A stretch of DNA of 64,000 nt, taken from positions 25,978,001-26,042,000 of the forward strand of contig NC_087247.1 in assembly GCF_037042905.1 (NCBI RefSeq). Direction: 5' to 3'. A program made the position numbers and the translations under genes. This document shows, one piece after another, positions 48,778 through 61,679 of the stretch. This DNA comes from Lytechinus pictus. Lineage: Eukaryota. Each line of letters opens with the position of its first letter. Positions within the stretch are counted from its first letter, which is position 1. A model generated the notes under the pieces. The model saw only the letters and a program-made list of their open reading frames with translations. It did not search any database and had not been told where the DNA came from.

Positions 48778-49058
48778 TAATAAATAAATAATATAGGATT
48801 TGTATAGCGCACATATCCACCTTGCGAGGTGCTCAAGGCGCTCCTATACGGTATTATCCGGGTTAAGCTAGTCTACCGATTCTGGTGCGCACAGCTTTTT
48901 GAGGAATTACTTCCTGCCGGTACCCATTTACCTCACCTGGGTCGAGTGCAGCACAGTGTGGATAAATTTCTTGCTGAAGGAAAACACGCCATGGCTAGGA
49001 TTCGAACCCATGACCCTCTGTTTGAAAGGCGAGAGTCAGAACCACTGACTAGACCGCG
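48778..49058 (-). mobile_element. tRNA-derived SINE; decayed relative at ~63690-63860 on + strand
   Basis: B box GGTTCGAATCC on minus strand, central CCCAGGTGAGGTAAATGGGTACC block, ATT-rich tail. Confidence 0.75.
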
Positions 49059-49730
49059 ACGCGTCCACATATGTCTGCTCATAGACAATTATTGTTCACA
49101 TTGGCTTTCCATAGAGATGTCGTTGAGCTGGAGTCATGATGCTTTCATGAAATGAAGGTAGTCTACACAATGGGTTGACTTGAATTGGAAAGAGCAATAT
49201 CAGACAAGCATACATGTATGGCATAGCACTGACAATTTTATAACACTCTGGACATTGTAGATGTAAAATAAAAATGAATTTTCTACGCAATTGAAAAAAA
49301 AAGAAAAATCGTCAACTATTCTTTTTAATATGATACTTGTTGAACCCTTGAAATTGACAGACTAATTGCCTTTTTTGTGTGTGTTTTTTTTCATGGAAAA
49401 AATAAATTATTATCATAATTATTTATTTTGATGCAAAGAGATGTCGAACTGTAAAAGTAGTAATCTTTTCTTGAATCTTTTTTAGTATAAGATTGAGGAC
49501 TACTCTAGCTGGCAGATACGGTAAGTTTCTGTCTTGTGTGATTATACAAAGTAGAAACTGGGCCTGGATCCACAGCTGGTTGTGTTTTATCGTCTGTGAC
49601 TTTTTTGCAAATACACCCAACACATATTTGCATTGTGATTGGTGATGGTCCTTTGATTTGAACTTGAAGTCAATGCTGCTTATTTTTTTACCTCATTGAT
49701 TTTGGGAGTTGAGTAGTGTAAGCCATCCAG

Positions 49731-49887
49731 GGGCCCATTTCATAAAGGACTTGCAACTGTTGTAACTTTGCCATTATGGCAACTACCATGGCAACAGGGC
49801 TCAGCAGCCAATCGTAATCAAGGTTTCCATGGTTGTTGCCATAATGGCAAAGTTACAACAGTTGCAAGTTCTTTATGAAATGGGCCC
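49731..49887. mobile_element. Near-perfect palindromic MITE (Harbinger-like, CAG TSD)
   Basis: ~60-bp arms GGGCCCATTTCATAAAG...; CAG on both sides. Confidence 0.85.
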
Positions 49888-50138
49888 CAGAGATATGTCC
49901 ATCTAGACTAGACCACAGATCATGCAGCCAATAGTAAGATAAACCAGGCATACACAAAGGTTTAGAGTCATCCTGATAGGAAGTTCATCCTTCAAGATCA
50001 ATCAATACATGGCTATTTACATTTGTTCTACCACAAATAATTGCATTGTAATGATTTGTATTATCTTTACCTGTAATTGCAGAGCTCTGGCAATGTGTGC
50101 ATGACTTTGGACTGAAACTGTAGCACAAGGAAACAGAC

Positions 50139-53100
50139 ATGGCGTATAGTATGCATGTTTATATGGCCATGGCCATGGTGTTCATAGGATGTGGTGCTAA
50201 TGTGTTCTTCTTGGAGCTTATAGTGAGGTGAGTAAAATGTCCAGTTGTTTCATTAGAAGAATAATGCCCATCAGAAAAGGTTTCCATATTGGAGTTTGAA
50301 TGAGTTGCAGTTTTACATTTTGGGCAATTCCATAAAATGATCAACCTTTTTGTACGTCCGACCCCCATTTTTCTCAAGTCTTACTTCACTTCATAAACTG
50401 ACCGAGTCATGGTCCTTTGAAAACATTACAGACTGAAAAAGAACAAGAAATCAGAGACAGAAAATTTCATGAAGGTCCCATACATATGGTATGGAATTGC
50501 ACTTTTAATACCATTTAATGTCATTTTTGTGTGTGTGATGTATTTTATCTGCTCAAAAGATTTTGTATATTTTGTGTCTTATCTGTTCTTTTTATTGTAA
50601 TAAACATGTCATGTATCTGCTTTATCACCTTTTTTTCCAATATTTTTTTTCATTGATTGAATTTTCAAACTAAGGAACAAGTGTAGCAACTATTCATACA
50701 TTAATTATTATTTTTTAATGGTAAAGACAGGCCACTGTTTAAAAATGAGATTTTGGCAATTAATGGTAATCTTTTTTTTTATAGAAATGATGGAAGTGAT
50801 ACTGATAGCTAATATTTCTATGTAACATTTGCTTAAAAAAGAAGGTTGCATATGGTTGATTTATTCTAAATGATTTTGTGACTTGAAATTTGAAAAACTG
50901 CAACCACCCCTGTCTCACTTTAAATATTGTAATTGATATTGAATTAGCAGAGGAAGCTGCAGTGAATTTGATTTTGAATCATGGACAGAGATACTAAACT
51001 GCCTTCATATTTTCTTTTGACTTCTAATCAGTGAATATCCTGGGAGTGGAAACATCATTACTTTTGCCCAGTTTCTCCTGATAGCTGTAGAAGGATTTGT
51101 TTTTACCTCTAAATTTGGGACAAAGAGACCTGTTATCCCTTTCAAGTAAGTATGATGTAATCAATGTTTTCTTAGATAACCTTTGAAGGTCTGCATAGTG
51201 GTACAGATAACGTGGGAGAGGTTCATGGTTCACCAAGTGGTTTAGTGTCTTTACATTTCTCTGTACTTTGAAAACAAATGAATTGAACTGAATAGTCCTG
51301 AAAAGGACTGTTGAGTGGTGGATTGATAGAGATAAAAATGGAAGATGAGAAATGGAAAGGTGTTATGGTGTAGTTTCTTCCATGTAGTCCTAAAAGGGAT
51401 GGTCCAGGCTGGATACATTTATATCTAAATAAATATAGTAAAATTCACAGAGCAAAATGCTAAAAATTTCATCAAAATCGGATAACAAATAAGGAAGTTA
51501 TTGAATTTTAAAGTTTTGCATTATTCTGGTGAAACAGCTCTAGGCATGTCTTCATGAATATTCATTAGGTGGACTGATGATGTCATATCTTCACTTGTTC
51601 ATTTGTATTTTATTATATGAAATTAGGTTTATTCAAAATCTTACTAACAAGAACTAAAACAATAGGATTGACAATTGACAACTGATTAAGTGCATTAGTT
51701 ATTTATTGCCGCAACTTATATCATAATGGAGACATAATTTACACATTTATAAAAAAATTAAACAATTATTATTTCATGTAATAACATAAGAAAAGGGAAA
51801 GTGGAGATGTGACATCATCAGCCCACCTAATGAATATTCATGACGATGTGCATATAACTGTTTTCACAAAATATTGATAAACTTTAAAATTCAATAACTT
51901 TGTTATTTGTTATCCAATTTTGATGAAATTTTCAGCATTTTGCTCTGTGAATTTTACTCTATTTATTTAGATATAAATATTTTCAGCCCGGACCATCCCT
52001 TTAAAAGGACTGTGAACAAGATGGAATCGACGACTTAGATGAGTTGAGATGAGATGAGAAGTCCTGGTGGTGTTGAGTGGAAGACGAGTAGATAAGAAGA
52101 GTAGAGTGGTGACGAGAAGATGAGCAGTGAAGAGTAGTAGCAATGAGGTGTATTGACGTCCCGGGCAGCTTGACAGTCTGTCATCAATCTTATATCATTG
52201 ATTTCTTTACATACTAACATGCAATTGTTTGATTTATTGAAATTACCCTAGGTTGTTTCCAAATAATCTCACTTTATCTGTATGTCTTTTTTTCTTTTTA
52301 ATCCATATTTTGATGCAGGAACTACTTTATAATGGTGGCATTCTTTTTCTCAACAAGTGTTGTGAACAACTATGCTCTCAACTTTAAAATATCTGTTCCT
52401 CTTCATACTATCTTTAGAAGCGTAAGTATGTTGCAATTTTATTTGAAATATGTGAAATGTACTATATAAGTAAACTTAATATGTATTATTCTCATAATTA
52501 AACCATTGTTTAATTCCAGAATAAAATATTTGTAAAGCCACATTTCTATTGAATTCCAAGTTTAATCTTCAATATTCAAGATAACATACTAAATAATTAT
52601 TGAACTTGTGTGTATCCTTACATTATCCTATTCCTTTAATAGATTGGTTAATATAATATTTTCTTTATTAATCAGGTGGCATATTGCATTCCATAAAAGT
52701 GTGGTGTAAATTAGCCTAGTGTTTTCTAGACCATTGCTATGGGGACACAACCCAGTATGTTATTTTCTTGTTGTAAGTAACTTTAGCTTTTTTTATGTAG
52801 ATTTAAGATCCTGCATTAAAGTAGGAACATTTTTCAGATCCGTTAAACAAAATGATCATTGACATATATTCTTTCTTAAAGAGAAGCATGCATAGTTTCA
52901 ATGAACCAAATGTTAGTTTGACTTAACTTTTAATTAAATCATTGTTCTTTGCTTCGTCCAAATCATTGTCATTTGTTAAAGCTAAATGAAAGTAGTTGCA
53001 GTAAAACACTGATTTCGTAAGAAAGTCTGTAAAACCAAGGTTAAGTAGTACTATATCATCGTGGATCTAGATCTGGTACAGTTACATAAACTGAACTTTG

Positions 53101-55260
53101 TGAAATCATAAAATCTAAGCTGAAAAACGATCACACTGAAGATCGCCAACACAGATAGGCACACGTGGGACAGTGTATATTATTATTGCTGGAATAAAGA
53201 CCTGACGGAAGTGCCCAAATCCGCGCTTATTTTGCTTATTTCTCAGCAATTACACAATTTCTTCCAGAATCCTTTGGCACATATTTTTTATTCATACAAA
53301 TAGACACTTGGGTGTTCATGATATTGGATTCTGTAAAAAGTCATTTTGAGATCGTTACCACAACTGGCATTTATCTTTAAGTCCAACTTTGATTCTGCTT
53401 TGTCAATGTACAGGGATCTCTCATAGCAAACATGGCTCTTGGTATAATCATCTTACACAAACGGTGAGTTGTTGATTTCTAGAATTCTAAACCATGTAGT
53501 AATAGATACAATTATTAGACTAATTGGTGGTAGACAATCGAGGATTAGACCATGTGAGATTAGACTAAACGGGAAGTAGACAAAATAGGTTTAGACCAAG
53601 TGGCAAGTAGTTACCTTGCTTAACCCATTGGAAACTGAATGACTTTGCTATAACAAATGTTTTCCATAGACTCCAGCCCTTGGGCTCAGTCTCTAAGGGG
53701 TTAACCCAATGTCATGCTGGCAAATGCTTTGAAGTACCCATCAGCTGTCACAGGGACAAAACAAAGTCATACATCATCGTTTTAACACTTCAAGGTTTGT
53801 TTAAAATTAAAGTTATTTCATTTCATTCTGAATATCACGTATTTGATGGATATCCACTTCTTTGATGAGGGCTTTGACTGTTGCAGTAAGAAAAAAGTCT
53901 ACATTCTTATTCTTCCTTATAGTGCTTTCTGATAATCTTATCAATTGATTCAAAAGAGAAATAGGTTCATAAAAGATGCAGGGTAGGCCTACTGGTGGGT
54001 TCTATGCTTGCAGTGAAAAATTAGAATGACACTTTTCATTTACTTCTAAAACCAGAGTTGAATACCACATCATTCTTTTGCATTCAATACAAACAAACAA
54101 GGTTTGGAGATTTTCCTTTTGAGCGAAGTAGTATTTTTATTCTTTGCATTTTTTAATTTGAAATTTAAATTTTCATTTTTTTTTTAATAATTCCTATGAT
54201 AGATATGCTCCTTCCAAATATATGGCTATATTCATGATATCAGCAGGAATCTGTCTGTGTACCCTTATGTCGGCCAAGAACATAGTGAGTTTAAAACATA
54301 TTTTTAATTGATTTAATGTTTTTTAAGAATTTTAGTGTAAGATCAATCATTAATAGTCATGTAATCATGTATGTAGGGGAAAGAGGAGAATTACAATAAT
54401 AAAAACATGAAAGTTCTTGACCTTTTTTTCACAATAGTGATGAAGGGGTAGGGTCCAGCTGAGTAATATGGAAAAAAAATGTTTAATATTTATCATCTGA
54501 ACTAAAATGGGAGGTAAATACATGTAACAAGATAATAATTTCAATATTTCACCCTCTTTTTTTAGGTTTGCCTTGTATATCTAGAACATTAGCCATCAAC
54601 TTCCTGATATTTTAAAACTGGCTATTACAAAAAAAACCATGAGTTTCATATTCCAAATCTAGTGCAAAACTCTCATGAAATGGGAGATTAGAAACGTGTA
54701 GAGAACTTATGTTTTGCTCTATTACATCATATTGGGGTTAGTATTTTATGATACAAAAATACAGGGTAAATAATTTTGTAATCACTTTTCTTCCCTTTTC
54801 AGTTTATCAAAATATATATATCATGATATGCATGGTAGTAGTCTTAGACATTACAAAAAAGTGTTATCAATCTAAAAAGTACATTGCTGGAATTTGCAAT
54901 TGTTTTGAAGCATCCATATGAATTCTTACCCCCCCCCCCAACATTACCTTCATACCCCCAATCAGTGGATGAACACACAATTGAATCTGTCCGAGTATTC
55001 ACCATTGGGTCATGGTGATTGTTTTACCAGTTTTTTTTTTTTAAGCATTGTGCTCTATATGGGATGAAGATCTGTTTATGTCTTGAAATGATTTAAACTT
55101 CAGGGTAATGAAGATCAACCCAAAACGGAAGGATTTGACTCCACGTCAGATTTCATGTTGTGGATAATAGGTAAGATCTCTTCTATGCTTCCCTCCCCTC
55201 CTCCTATCCTCCTTTTCCTGTTTCTGTCTCTCTTTCACTTTCATTTCTACTTTCCTATCT

Positions 55261-55291
<31 letters not shown>

Positions 55292-58200
55292 CCACCTTGT
55301 TCCAATCATTATCTTTTGTTGATGCATGTAATATGTGTGTAATATACTTGTAAGAAATTACTGTTCACACCTAGAATGTCTAAGAATCACTTTATACATT
55401 TCCAATGAAAATAACGAAATGAATAAAAGACAGTATCCCACAACAGAAGTATGAGTATAATTTTCAAGCACTGACAATTAGAGAGCACCCTTTTTTATGG
55501 ACATTCAGACAGTTGGTATCTACATGATTCTAATTTTCTCTCACATTCTCACGGAAATGCAAACATTTGATATGTGATCTGGGATGTATGTTAAAGCTTT
55601 TGGGGAATGGGGGAAGGCAGCAAACATACCAGATGAAATCCTTTGTGTATAATCTCTGCCTTTGTGTGGGAAGTATTGTGTGTGTGTGTATCTTGAATTG
55701 ATTGTAATCCAACTGATGGTAGATTGCTTCGTCATGCAGTGTAATCTTGAGATTTAACAATAATGAGCTGATTGGTTCAGTCTGTAATGAGCCGGTAGGG
55801 TCCACACAGAGACATTGGGTTCCAGTCTCATTTGAAATGATGATGAATGATCCCCCCCCCCCAGTGAACATGCTACAAATGAATGAATCTATTGAGATTT
55901 CTCGGTAAATAGTCAATCGGCTTTAAGTGTCAGCCACTCCAAACAAATATGGTGGATTTCAGTCACTGAAGGCTACATTCATGTAATGTGTCAACTTGCC
56001 ATCCTATGTTTCTTACAGCCACAGATGAAAATATTTCTTCGTGATTTTTTTATACGCCCGCCCGGCTACGTTTCATCATGAAATCAATGGAAATACAGCC
56101 ATTGTTAGATATTTAATGTATAGAACATACTCATGTTGGAATGGAGGGTTTCTCTTCAGCATGTGTTATCATGTAGTATTAATGCAATGTTCTCTCTGTC
56201 ATCAGGTTTGTGTATGTTGACCTTTGCCCTCTTCCTGTCTGCTCGCATGGGAATCTTTCAAGAGACGCTTTACAAGGCCCATGGCAAACACCCCAGGGAA
56301 GCCCTCTTCTATTCAGTAAGTAGTCACTTGACACTGATTCCTATGCACTTTGATCTCACACATATAGTATACAGGAGCTACAAGTAAATTACGTTGCTGG
56401 GAATTTAATGTTAACAACATTAATGAATATTTATAATTTAACACTAGTATAATCTTACAAAAAAGTTAATGCCCATATTTTGCTGAAAATGTTGAACATT
56501 ATAAACCTATGGGTTATACATGTTTGTAGTAGTTTATGTACATCTTTGCTGGCTCTGTGTGGGATGACTTGGAGTATATGCTACAAAAAATACTTATTCA
56601 AGATTGTGATTAATTTGGTACTCATCAAGTAAATAATTTTTGTGATTTCTAAGAAATCTTATACTGTCCTACTTGCCTTTATTGCTTAATATTCTTGTTT
56701 GTGTAGTTTATTAATAAGGATGGGAGGTTTTGGCTAGTTTCTCTCGGAAAGTTGCAGGTTAAGGATTGATGAAGCGATTATCAGACACAATCTTTGAATA
56801 GGCAGGACAGTTATGGGTGGAGCCAAATGCACACTAGTGAATAATCATATATTGTTCAATTATCTATTGACCAATGGTAATAGGTGGGTGTGGCAACAGT
56901 GATATGAATATTCATGAGTCCACTATTCCATATTCTGCTCGATGGGCAAATACAGGGAAAACAATCAAATGTTAATATTCTCTGATTCAATTCTTGACCT
57001 GTACCATTGTAGATTAAATGACAAGAATAATTTATTTTCATTTCATAGAATATTAATGTATGCATTTATTTCTTCAGTGATGTTCAGGGATGTTTCCTCT
57101 TTGTTTGTATTATCATGCCCATTCCATTAAACTCCATGATGGGATATACCAATTAAATTGACTGGTAGATCTATACAAGTATACAGCTATTGTTGATTCC
57201 TGTCGTGTTAGTTTAATAGTTTTTTATGTACATTTGCTTCCTATGAAATGAGAATGAAATGAGTTTATTGACCACATGTATGGTGACTGGCCAGTTTTCC
57301 TCTTTGCATTGGTCAAAATTCAATGAATTGATGTTATGTAGCTTTCCGCAGAAAGAACGCTTGAAATATCATGGTTATCTTTACTTTAAAACTAACATCT
57401 TTATTTTGAATAGCGTACAAACCGCATATTTGCCCTCATACAGGCCCCCAAAGTGCAGATCAGTATAGGTTGAATCTTCTGAATTGTTGAGAAAAAAAAA
57501 GTGCAAGGAGTGTTTTATACAGAAATACTTTAACTCATTATCCCATCTTGTGAAGCAGACCAATTAGGTTACACAACATTATATTCCATCATCCGAGAGA
57601 AATCAAAATAACGTACAGTTCTTGCAGGAAGGGTACCGTAATGGTATCCCTTGAGTTCTAAAGACTCGTAATATAAAGTACAATTAATGAAGAATGAATG
57701 AAAGAGCAGTGAGATATGGAGTGTGATAATATCTACGGACTGCTATGAGAGGCATGGTTGTTTGTAGAGGCTCAAGGGGACCGCAACGCGACTATGCCCA
57801 AGGTTTTTGCCCGAGGGCATGGTCTGGCCAGTGCAGTACCCGTGGTATCCACCTAATTGTTTATTATTTCACAGGCATGGTGAAATACATGACCCCACTT
57901 TTGACTGATCAGAGGAACAGATTATTTGACATTCTTATTAAAAGAGAGGTTTATAACACCTAACAATAAAAAAAATCAGCAGAAATCATCAAAGTTGATA
58001 ATTGTTGCCCTTAAGACAAAAAACAACCAACCATCTCTTCTATCTATATGTGTACGGATACGGTTCACATACATTAAAAAAAATACCTTAAAACAATACA
58101 GGAAATTGTGTCTTTATTGAAACTGAAAGCATGTCTTTTTATGTAAATTCAGATAGAGATAGTCAGCTGTGTATAATACTTAATATGATATTTATTCTTG

Positions 58201-60287
58201 TTTGTTTGATTGATTCCTACTTTCTTTGTTTCACCAGCATGCATTGCCTCTTCCTGGGTTTCTCCTAATGGGTAGAGATATCTATCATCATGCTGTAATG
58301 TATAGTGCTACAGGTAAGTGGCTCCATACAATGACTGAAGACCTAAAGGCCTATTTTCTGAAGTCCTAGGCCATGGACTAACTCTCTGTTAAAATTATGG
58401 GAAGCCGACCATTTCAAAATTGCATTTAAGTTAAATGTATCCTTTCTTTACTTGGCTCTTTCCTCATGTTTTGAAGATGAAGAGAACTATTATAGTAAAT
58501 ATCCCCAGTCACTTATTAACAATCTGAGTAAACAGATGAGCTTGTAAATTGAACCTGTAATGTTAGAGATTTGTTTCACGATTGGCTACCCATAGTTTAC
58601 TACAACTTTAGACCAGAGGTAGGATTAACCAGAGTTCAGAATACGGGTCATAGTGACATGACAGGTAATGTTGCTTGGGAAATTTTGTTTCTCTGATGAG
58701 GGTTATGGTCATTCATCATTCGAGGTGCTAGAAATTTCTAATGAGACCAAAGATTGGAGGGGCCAACTGTTTTGTGTCCACGTCTTCATCTGATCAAGCT
58801 TTCTGGTACCACTGGTGTTTCGGTACCAATAACTAGTATCATGGGGGAAAAGAATACACCATTGTTAAGTTTTAGGGTAATTTTGTGTTTGGCTTTAATG
58901 TGCAAATTTTCCATGAGGGCAATAATCACTAGATCAAGACCACAATAGACATCTGAAGTACAAATCTTTTGCTATGTGGATAAATAAATATGTTGGTATA
59001 ATACTGTCTTTGTAACATGGTTTAGTGGAAAGCATTTATTGTAATGTTATAGCCGGGTTAATTCATAAATTGTTAATTAATATGACTACTTCCACATGTC
59101 ATATATTGTGGTAAAACACTCATTGAGTTTACAAGAATTTCTCTGAAAAAAGACTTTGGCATTGAATGACTGACAACTGGTGGTTACCATTTTTTGTGTT
59201 AAGGTGTATTCGTATGTAAATTTGCAGGTAATGCTGACTTTTTTATTAGCACCATTTTACGACTCTACCAGTATTATTTTATGTGTGGTATGCAGTGTCC
59301 GTTTCGAATGGACAACCTCATTTAACCTTTCTTTTTGTTAATTTGTTATTTTTTTATGTTTATCATTCCAGAACCTATTGTGGTCGGTCTTGGAATAGCT
59401 ATACCAAAGATGTGGCTTTATCTAATTGGAAATATGCTTACACAATATCCTTTTTGCTTCATATATTTTATTGGCTTAGAATGTATGAACTAAGAAGTAG
59501 AACATGTTTTGGTCAGAGCAGTATTTGTGAGAAAATACTTTATAATTCATGTCAGAATGGAAGTGGGGGGGGGGGGGGGGGTAGATAGTAGATGTAAAAT
59601 GGAATTGAATAGAACGAGATGTAATATGTAATTGAATACTAAATATTAGAATAAGGGGTAAGGGGAATTAAATAAAAGTGAAATCTTGAATCAAATTTGA
59701 AACTGCATTCTAGATGAATATATAAGAGAGAGAGAGAGAGAGCAAGAGAAGAATGGAAGAAAAAAATAAAAGAAAGAAAGTGAATTAAAATAAGGATGCT
59801 AGCAACATATCTTGATACTACAGCCTTGTGCGAAGAAGAAAATTTGAAATAACATTTCATCGTCTTGATGGAATATAATAACGTCAATTCCAATACTGAT
59901 ATATGAAAATTAAGTGATCATAGATTGTGGAGTGAGCACTGCCCTATAACCTGCTGTGAGAGAAAGTTGATGTGAATAGGGTTGATAAAATGAAAAATTG
60001 TTATTTCCTCCCTTAACCTTGCCCTTACGTATATATGCATACGCAGTGTGTTCATCCTGACCTCGGAATGCCCGTCTCTCATCACCACCCTAGTCGTCAC
60101 CCTCCGCAAGTTCATAAGCCTCGTTGCTTCCATCATCTTCTTCCAAAACCCTTTCACCCTGTGGCATTGGGTAGGAACCACCATGGTGTTTGGTGGTACC
60201 CTTCTTTTTACTGGTGTCCTCCATCAGTTGAAGGATGCCATCTTTGTGAGGCCACCACCTGCATCTCAAGACAAGAAGACTGATTAA
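50139..60287 (+). CDS. SLC35B4: Nucleotide-sugar (UDP-xylose/UDP-GlcNAc) transporter SLC35B4, 10 coding exons, ~340 aa: join(50139..50227,51032..51145,52319..52421,53414..53463,54203..54284,55104..55170,56206..56315,58238..58313,59372..59444,60029..60287)
   Basis: Spliced protein carries SLC35B4 motifs: GCGANVFFLEL, GNIITFAQFL, VVNNYALN, PLHTIFRSGSLIANM, SARMGIFQETLY, HALPLPGF, TQYICIRSVFILTSEC, VTLRKFISL, FQNPFTLWHW. All phases consistent (1023 nt). Start is 50139 or 50151; in-frame TAG upstream at 50121. Confidence 0.93.
51395..52000. mobile_element. TTAA-targeting (Kolobok-like) MITE, copy 2, in an SLC35B4 intron
   Basis: Colinear with 15046-15593; same termini. Confidence 0.85.
52980..53376. 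mobile_element. TTAA-flanked non-autonomous element; a ~270-bp internal piece is also present at ~32397-32670
   Basis: TTAAAGCTAAATG ... CATTTATCTTTAA; near-identical ATCGTGGATCTAGATCTGGTACAG block at both sites. Confidence 0.75.
58348..58649. mobile_element. Decayed MITE (GGCCTATTTTCTGAA / TTCAGAATACGGGTC)
   Basis: Imperfect TIRs only. Confidence 0.45.
59445..60028 (+). other. U12-type (minor spliceosome) AT-AC intron of SLC35B4
   Basis: 5' site ATATCCTTT at 59445; branch point CCTTAAC at 60011-60017, 11 nt before the terminal AC ending at 60028; splicing restores ...LTQ/YICIR. Confidence 0.92.
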
Positions 60288-60750
60288 CAATTGAGCTTCT
60301 TGATGAAACTGTTATTAGATTTTAATTAGCATTATGGTGTTTGGTGATAACCTTTTTACTGGCGCCCTCCATCAGTTGAAGGATGTTATCTTTGTGAGAC
60401 CACCACCTGCATCTCAAGACAAGAAGACAGATTAACAATTGAGCTTCATGGTGAAACTGTTTTTAGATATTATTTAGCATTATGGTGTTTGGTGGGACCC
60501 TTCTTTTTACTGGTGTCCTCCATCAGTTGAAGGATGTCATCTTTGTGAGACCACCACCTGCATCTCAAGACAAGAAGACAGATTAACAATTGAGCTTCAT
60601 GGTGAAACTGTTCTTAGATTTTAGTTAGCATTATGGTGTTTGGTGGGACCCTTCTTTTTACTGGTGCCCTCCATCGGTTGAAGGATGCCCTCTTTGTAGG
60701 ACCACCACCTGCATCTCAAGACAAGAAGACTGATTAATGGTTGAGCTTCT
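60183..60750 (+). repeat. Four ~150-bp tandem copies of the SLC35B4 C-terminal coding segment, stop codon and early 3'UTR
   Basis: Units start ATGGTGTTTGGTG at 60183, 60334, 60482 and 60633. Confidence 0.95.
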
Positions 60751-60833
60751 TGCTGAATGTGGTGCCTTATTTCCTTAACATACTCATTGTAAACCGTTTA
60801 CTTATGCTACATAAGTACATGAATAGTGGCAGT

Positions 60834-61679
60834 TAGTGCTGTAACCTGCAAACGAGAACCCGACCCGTACCGTCCGGTATAATCCAATGATTTGCAGGTG
60901 GGACCCGCTGACCCATCGGGTTGGAACCTGGAGTTTGAATCACATAATCTAGGTCTACCATGGGCACTCACTCAATCACATGTGTTCACCATGACATGAG
61001 ATTCTATCCTCACTTTATACAGGCTCACATCAGGAAGAGATATTCCAACTAAGCTAGAATGAATTCACTTCCAAAATCACTGATTTAACTTTAATCCAGA
61101 GTTCTGGGAGTGACATTGTACCACGAAATGGGTCTGCGCCAATCTCATAAGCATTGTGCAATAATTCTCGGAGCCAATTTAAGAATCACCGATTGCAACA
61201 GTGATCATTACTATTTACGTGTCATACGCTGGTACACAATGTGCTGCAAAAACAAGCTCCTCAAATTGACAATAAAATAATGAAAAATCAATGAATATCT
61301 TCAGCGGCAGTATGTGTGACGTATATGGTAGGCACTTTTGAGGCTAATGTACGTTGATGCGGTATTTGGTGAACTGAGCTCACGGGCCCACACAATGTTC
61401 ACAAGACAAAAATATATCAGTAATTTTTTTAAGGAAGCATAAGCATCTCTAAAAGAATCTACCACGTAAGAAACACAGGATCTTGAGTAATCCGAACTCA
61501 ATTTATTTCGTTTGTGTGTTTTGAATATTTGTATATGTGTCATAACTTCTCCCTTTGTCATACCTACGCTACAGCTACGGTCTGTGGATTTGAAAATGAA
61601 CTCGGCCTGACCTGCAACCCACAATGGGGGCATACCGGCAGGTTACCCCATACCACAACTGGTATGGTTTACAACACTA
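60834..61679. mobile_element. hAT-type MITE just downstream of the SLC35B4 stop (probable 3'UTR)
   Basis: TIR TAGTGCTGTAACC / GGTTTACAACACTA; perfect 8-bp TSD GTGGCAGT. Confidence 0.8.
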
